This document shows positions 55,667 to 60,000 of a DNA stretch of 60,000 bases, in pieces. Under the pieces are notes generated by a model. The model did not search any database. It saw nothing but the letters and a program-made list of their open reading frames with translations, and was not told where the DNA came from. Origin of the DNA: Camelus dromedarius (lineage: Eukaryota); assembly GCF_036321535.1 (NCBI RefSeq), contig NC_087437.1, forward strand, positions 106,208,001-106,268,000. Direction: 5' to 3'. The first letter of the stretch is position 1. Each line of letters begins with the position of its first letter. A program made the position numbers and the translations under genes.

Positions 55667-56193
55667 ATCTGGCCTCTCTCCCAATTCAAGCAGTCAGCCA
55701 CTCTACCCCAGCTAGGGTCCCGTTCGTTAGGGCTTCCGAGGGGTGTGATTGTGCAGGGCAAGTGAGATTGGCTGGGATGCAAACTTTTAAGATTACTATT
55801 ACCCTTTCCCCTCTTTCTGCCTTAAGTTCAGAACAATCTCCCGCGAGCCCCTGTTTGGCAGGCCTGGCTGCACACCTGCCCCGTGGGCATGACCTTGGGC
55901 TGCCCTAGCCCGGCCGCGCGGGTCCAAGAAACGCCGGCCTCGCCGCCTCCCGCGCCACCTCGTTTGCCCTCAGAGCGGCATTACCACGGCTGTCTACTGA
56001 GTCCGCCGCAAAACTTCAAGGCCTAAAAACGCCGCGGTCAGCAATGACCAGGGGCCAGGCCGCGAAAGTGCCCCGGACAAAAGGCTGCCCTCCCTTCCTG
56101 AAGGACAGAGTTAATGGACATCCCAGACCCCGAGAACAAACCCAGAATCCGAGTCCCAAGAGGCCAAGTTAGTCCAGCTACCCTCCCAGTCAC

Positions 56194-56244
56194 CTTGCAC
56201 GAAGTCCCGAGCTGCCAGAGCCGCCGCCGCCGTTCTACTTCCGG
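56194..56244 (-). other. ATP5PF: ATP5PF non-coding first exon (5' end approximate)
   Basis: CCGGAAGTAGAACGGCGGCG...GTGCAAG|gtgact donor; resembles the human ATP5J 5' UTR as recalled. Confidence 0.8.
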
Positions 56245-56289
56245 CCCTGGCTCCGCCCCCACCCGCCATCGCAATGCATTATGGGCCGC

Positions 56290-56394
56290 CGTTTCAGTCG
56301 GTCGACACTCACCGGACAGGAAGCGTCTCGGAGACAGTCTGCGACCGGACGGCTGTAGGTGAGACAGAAACCAAACAGGAGGAGGAAGTGGAGG
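56290..56394 (+). other. GABPA: GABPA short non-coding first exon (start approximate)
   Basis: Strong donor GGAGG|gtaagt at 56394/56395; sequence resembles the GABPA 5' UTR; head-to-head with ATP5PF. Confidence 0.65.
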
Positions 56395-56691
56395 GTAAGT
56401 GCTTCCGGGTCCCCTGGCGACGCCTCCGCCATCTTTCCTTTGCCCATCTTGACCCGCTGTTTTTCCCTCTCGGAAACCTTGTTGTGTACGCATGCGCACT
56501 CGGACTGGCCTTTCCCCTAGTTCAGTTACTCTCCCACAGCCCTCCCGGAATCAGCGTCCTACTTCTTGGGGTGGTGAAGTGCACGCTTTGTGCAGACAAA
56601 GTGACAAGAGTGTGAAACAAAGCGGATTGAGGCGTTGTGCTCCCTTGTGCCTCGCGAGCCTCCGTTGCCTCGGGCTTCGTTTCGCGCAACC

Positions 56692-56707
56692 TGCTGGGAG
56701 TTGTAGT
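56692..56707 (-). promoter_or_regulatory. ZNF143 (SBS) motif ACTACAACTCCCAGCA
   Basis: Match to the ACTACAnnTCCCA(G) motif enriched at bidirectional promoters. Confidence 0.8.
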
Positions 56708-56914
56708 CCCGGACCCGGGGGTGCCTGGGAGGCGGGAGGGGGGGTTGGAGTTTCTCAGCGCCGTTTTCGCGGGAAGGGCCCAGCGGCCTCCCACTTCGAG
56801 TCGCGGGAGCTGCGGGTCTTACCGGGAGAGGCGCTGCACGTGGAGCCCGCGCCGCTGTCGTTCTCAGCCGGCTCTGGAGCGCGGGCGGGGGCGACGGGGC
56901 CGAATCCGGAGCGG
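56700..56914 (+). other. GABPA: GABPA non-coding first exon ending at downstream donor (start uncertain, may extend back to ~56290)
   Basis: Consensus donor GAGCGG|gtgagt at 56914/56915; recognisable GABPA 5' UTR sequence; coding exons lie beyond the window. Confidence 0.75.
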
Positions 56915-58993
56915 GTGAGTGCGGCCGCGGGGGAGGAGGGGAGCGCGGGCCCGCGCGGGCCGGCTTCGTTCCGGGGCCTTCTCCCCCACCGCGGCCCCCC
57001 CGCGGCCGCCTCTGTGTTTTGTTTCCGCTGGTCCCCGGCGCTGTGACTCCCATTTCCGTTCGTGGAGACTTGAGGGAGCCGGGTGGGGAGGGGCGGAGGA
57101 GGCTGTGCGGGGAGCTGAGGGGAGGGGCGGGGGGCGCGCGGCGCGGGGCTCTGCGGAGCCGCGCGCCCCCGGGTCCCAGGTCGTTCGTGTCACCTTTCGC
57201 CGCCCTCTTCCCGCACTGTCCCCCACCCGACTGTCCGCGGTGGTCCACAGTCGCCGCGGTCGGCATCTGATCCTGATGCCCCCGGGATTTCAGAGGAAGA
57301 TACAAACCCTGTGTCCTTGCCAGCTCAGCGATTCGCTCTCACTTCAAATCCAGTTGTCTTTCTAGAATTGTCTTACAGTTGCATCAAAGCCATCTACTAA
57401 TGTATATGGTGTCTGTTGGGTTTCTTTTAAAAACGAGGAAGTAAGACATGAGGAAAATGATGGGTTAACGTAGCTTGTCAGCTTTTTTAGGGTTTTTTTT
57501 TTGGTGGACCGAAAAGTAAGCGAGCGCGTGTTTGTGTTTAGGAAGCCTACTCTGATTAGATTAACGGCTGGGAGGACTACGCCTAACATTGCATTGCAAG
57601 ATGATGACTAGTAATTTAGAAATACACGCAGTAGGTCTGAGTCGTGGGCGGAGCAAAGATTTGGGAGGGTCCGCTTGAGCAAAGTGAAGAACTGGGCAGT
57701 GATAATATTCTTGGGTACTGTGTTGTCTTAAATATCAAAAGAAACTGGTCAACTCGTTCGAAACTTCTTTAAAGAAATAATGAAATCTTTGTTAGATTTG
57801 ATTCAGGCTTTCCAAGCTTATTTATTTTGAAACATATCCCGACACTAGGTGGACTTAAATTAATTTTACCTGGATTGCACCTACAGGACCAAATGTCATG
57901 AGGGATATATAGTCTTGAAGTAAGAAAATAGTGAGCTAGATGTTAAATTGGGGCAAGTCATGAGAGCATATGGAGGCTGAATACTAAATTAGAACTGTTG
58001 ACTTTAATCTCCCTCCAGCTTTTATTTATAAAACTTCCAAGTCTACAGGAAAATTGACAAAAAATTATGCAGTGAAATTATACAAGCAACACTTTCACCC
58101 TCAAGGGTCACTAAGTGTTAACCTTTCTCCACACTTGCTTTCTCTCTCCACAGGTACACACACACCCACACACGTATATGCTTTACTTTTCTTTCCGTAT
58201 TGATTTTATCTTTGAAGAACAGAAATGTGTTTTAATTTCTTCAGGTATTTAAAAGTATTTTTTAGCACGAGGAAACGTACAGTTGATCAGGCTTATACTT
58301 GTATTTATTTATCCTTTATTTATTTATTTAGCTTTCCTGGGAAAAATTACCCTAAACTGTGTAAACTAATAATGTTTTCCAATAAAGAAGAATGACCCTC
58401 AAGTTATCTCTGGCTCTAAAAGAGAATGTTAAACATAACTGTATTTTAAAGAATACTAGCCTTTCCTGGAATTTTTAGTTAAATTTAAGTTTAGTTTGTA
58501 TTCATTTTGTGAAGCGTTTTGAATCCAGATTAAATTTAATCTAGGAGAAACCAGGGTGTCAAGGGGCACCTTTCCCTAGGTGGAAAGGCTCCAAGTACTG
58601 TTCTCTTCTCCATATGTTAAGTATTGACATAGAATTCTGGGGAATTGGTTCCAGAAAAAGAGCTAAGACCCACTCAAGCAGCGATATCAAAGATTCAGAT
58701 GACTTCCCAAATCTCTCCGTTGCTTTTTTAGACTAAATTTAGAGAACTTGAGAAAGAAAGAGGAAGATGAATTCAGAGACTGTGAAGTAACATGATTTTT
58801 TTCCAGAATTACATGGGATTCTTTTTTTTTTTTTTTTTCTTTATTTGGCACCTTCTTGAAACTGATCTCTTAACTTTTTTGGAAGATCATAGGATAAATT
58901 TTTTTTAACAACCCCGTATTAGTGCTTATATTAACGGGTGCCACAGGTATCCCTGCTGATAAGACCTTAGGGCCATTTCTCAGGCTCTGGTTT

Positions 58994-59827
58994 TGTTACC
59001 TGAAAGCAGTTTTCAGGTGAATGTCAAGTCAGAAGACATGATGGAGCCAAAGATCAGGAGAAGGAAGGATTTATTACTTGTATCAAATAAGGAGAACACC
59101 AGGGATCTTTCCCTAAATCAGGAAAGTATTAAGCTAAGGGTATATGCATATTCATGAAAGGGCTTAGATGGTATATGCATATTCATGAAGGGGCTTGAAC
59201 AGGAGAATGCAGCATAGAATAGGGGCAGGGTGGGCGGGTGGGGAGTTGACAGAGTCTAAGTTTTAGTTGATTGAAGACATGAGGGTCAGAAAGGTCAACA
59301 TCATCATCCCTTAGGTTCCAGTTGATCTGGTAGTTGAGTGCTTGAAGGAGGTTAGATTCTGCAAAACAGTTCAAGAAAGTGCTTCAGGTTAATCTTTGCC
59401 TTTGGAACACAACTGGGAGTCTACAGCGGACTTAATGATCTTCACTGTTGTTACTCTTTAAAATCTTTATTACTGAGGCCTGTTCAAGGACAAGTGCTGT
59501 GGCCAGGCTAAGATCCCAAAATGGCTTAGGCCGAAAATGGCTTCTCTTATGTCAGGAAGGCCATGCCTGGACACCTGATCACTCAGGAGACCGGCACCCA
59601 GGACTCGGGGCTGCACACCTTGGCTGTCTGTGGCCTGATGGAAGGGAAACAGCCCCAGGAGCACCAGCCTCTGACAGGTTCACCTCACCCAGCCCACTTG
59701 CCAACAGCCCAAGCCACTCTCAGCAGGCTGCAAATTCCTGCTGCGTTTGTCTTGAGTTTAAAAAAAAGAAAGAAAGCTGTGCCTGGTTCTCTTTCTCCAG
59801 AGAACTCCCCTACCCTGTCTCCTTACA
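58994..59827 (-). mobile_element. Solo ERV LTR in GABPA intron 1
   Basis: tgttacc...ccttaca termini, near-TSD gttt/gtta, AATAAA on - strand near 59070, internal 31-bp-period repeat. Confidence 0.7.
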
Positions 59828-60000
59828 GTTAGTGTCTCAGAATGCTTTCTATTTCGCCAAGTTCCCAGAAAATTCACTTGCTTTCTAATCTTTTTTTAAA
59901 AGTTGGTTGTGGAGGTGGGAGTGGGCTTCCCTGTAGGCCCTGAAAATGAAATGTAAATGATCCTTTTAAGTGCTGACCTACTATATAAACCTTATTCTGT

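Larger units (their letters stand above)
55880..57300. promoter_or_regulatory. CpG island / bidirectional ATP5PF-GABPA promoter
   Basis: Sharp rise in GC and CpG. ETS/GABP motifs at 56237-56244, 56317-56324, 56383-56390 and 56401-56408; GC box 56251-56259; YY1 CCGCCATCTT 56426-56435; NRF1 CGCATGCGCA 56489-56498; CTCGCGAG 56651-56658; E-box CACGTG 56837-56842. Confidence 0.93.

Noticed and set aside
56038..57365. Long overlapping ORFs (148-248 aa) across the CpG island
   Set aside because: Expected from stop-codon scarcity in GC-rich DNA; low-complexity Pro/Arg/Gly/Ala products with no recognisable domain

Overview
Mammalian genomic DNA, probably from a camelid judging by its tRNA-Ala-derived SINEs. 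It is orthologous to the human chr21 JAM2-ATP5PF(ATP5J)-GABPA interval. The + strand carries JAM2 coding exons 2-10 (19017-40423; exon 1 lies upstream of the window). The - strand carries the complete ATP5PF gene (108-aa CDS in three exons, 52893-49639, first exon near 56194-56240). The shared CpG-island bidirectional promoter and the non-coding first exon(s) of GABPA lie at about 55900-57300. The rest is intron or intergenic DNA rich in L1, L2, MIR, MaLR/ERV LTRs and hAT DNA transposons. I found no new gene system. The notable structures are a degenerate direct duplication of the NRF1 promoter module, an intact MHCDGGIT-extended ATP5PF isoform, a ~0.9-kb microhomology-flanked local duplication in JAM2 intron 1, an L1 3' transduction with target-site duplications (TSDs), a twin-primed L1, and a solo LTR with duplicated POU-type motifs in GABPA intron 1. 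Repeat family names and human comparisons are from memory, not database searches.
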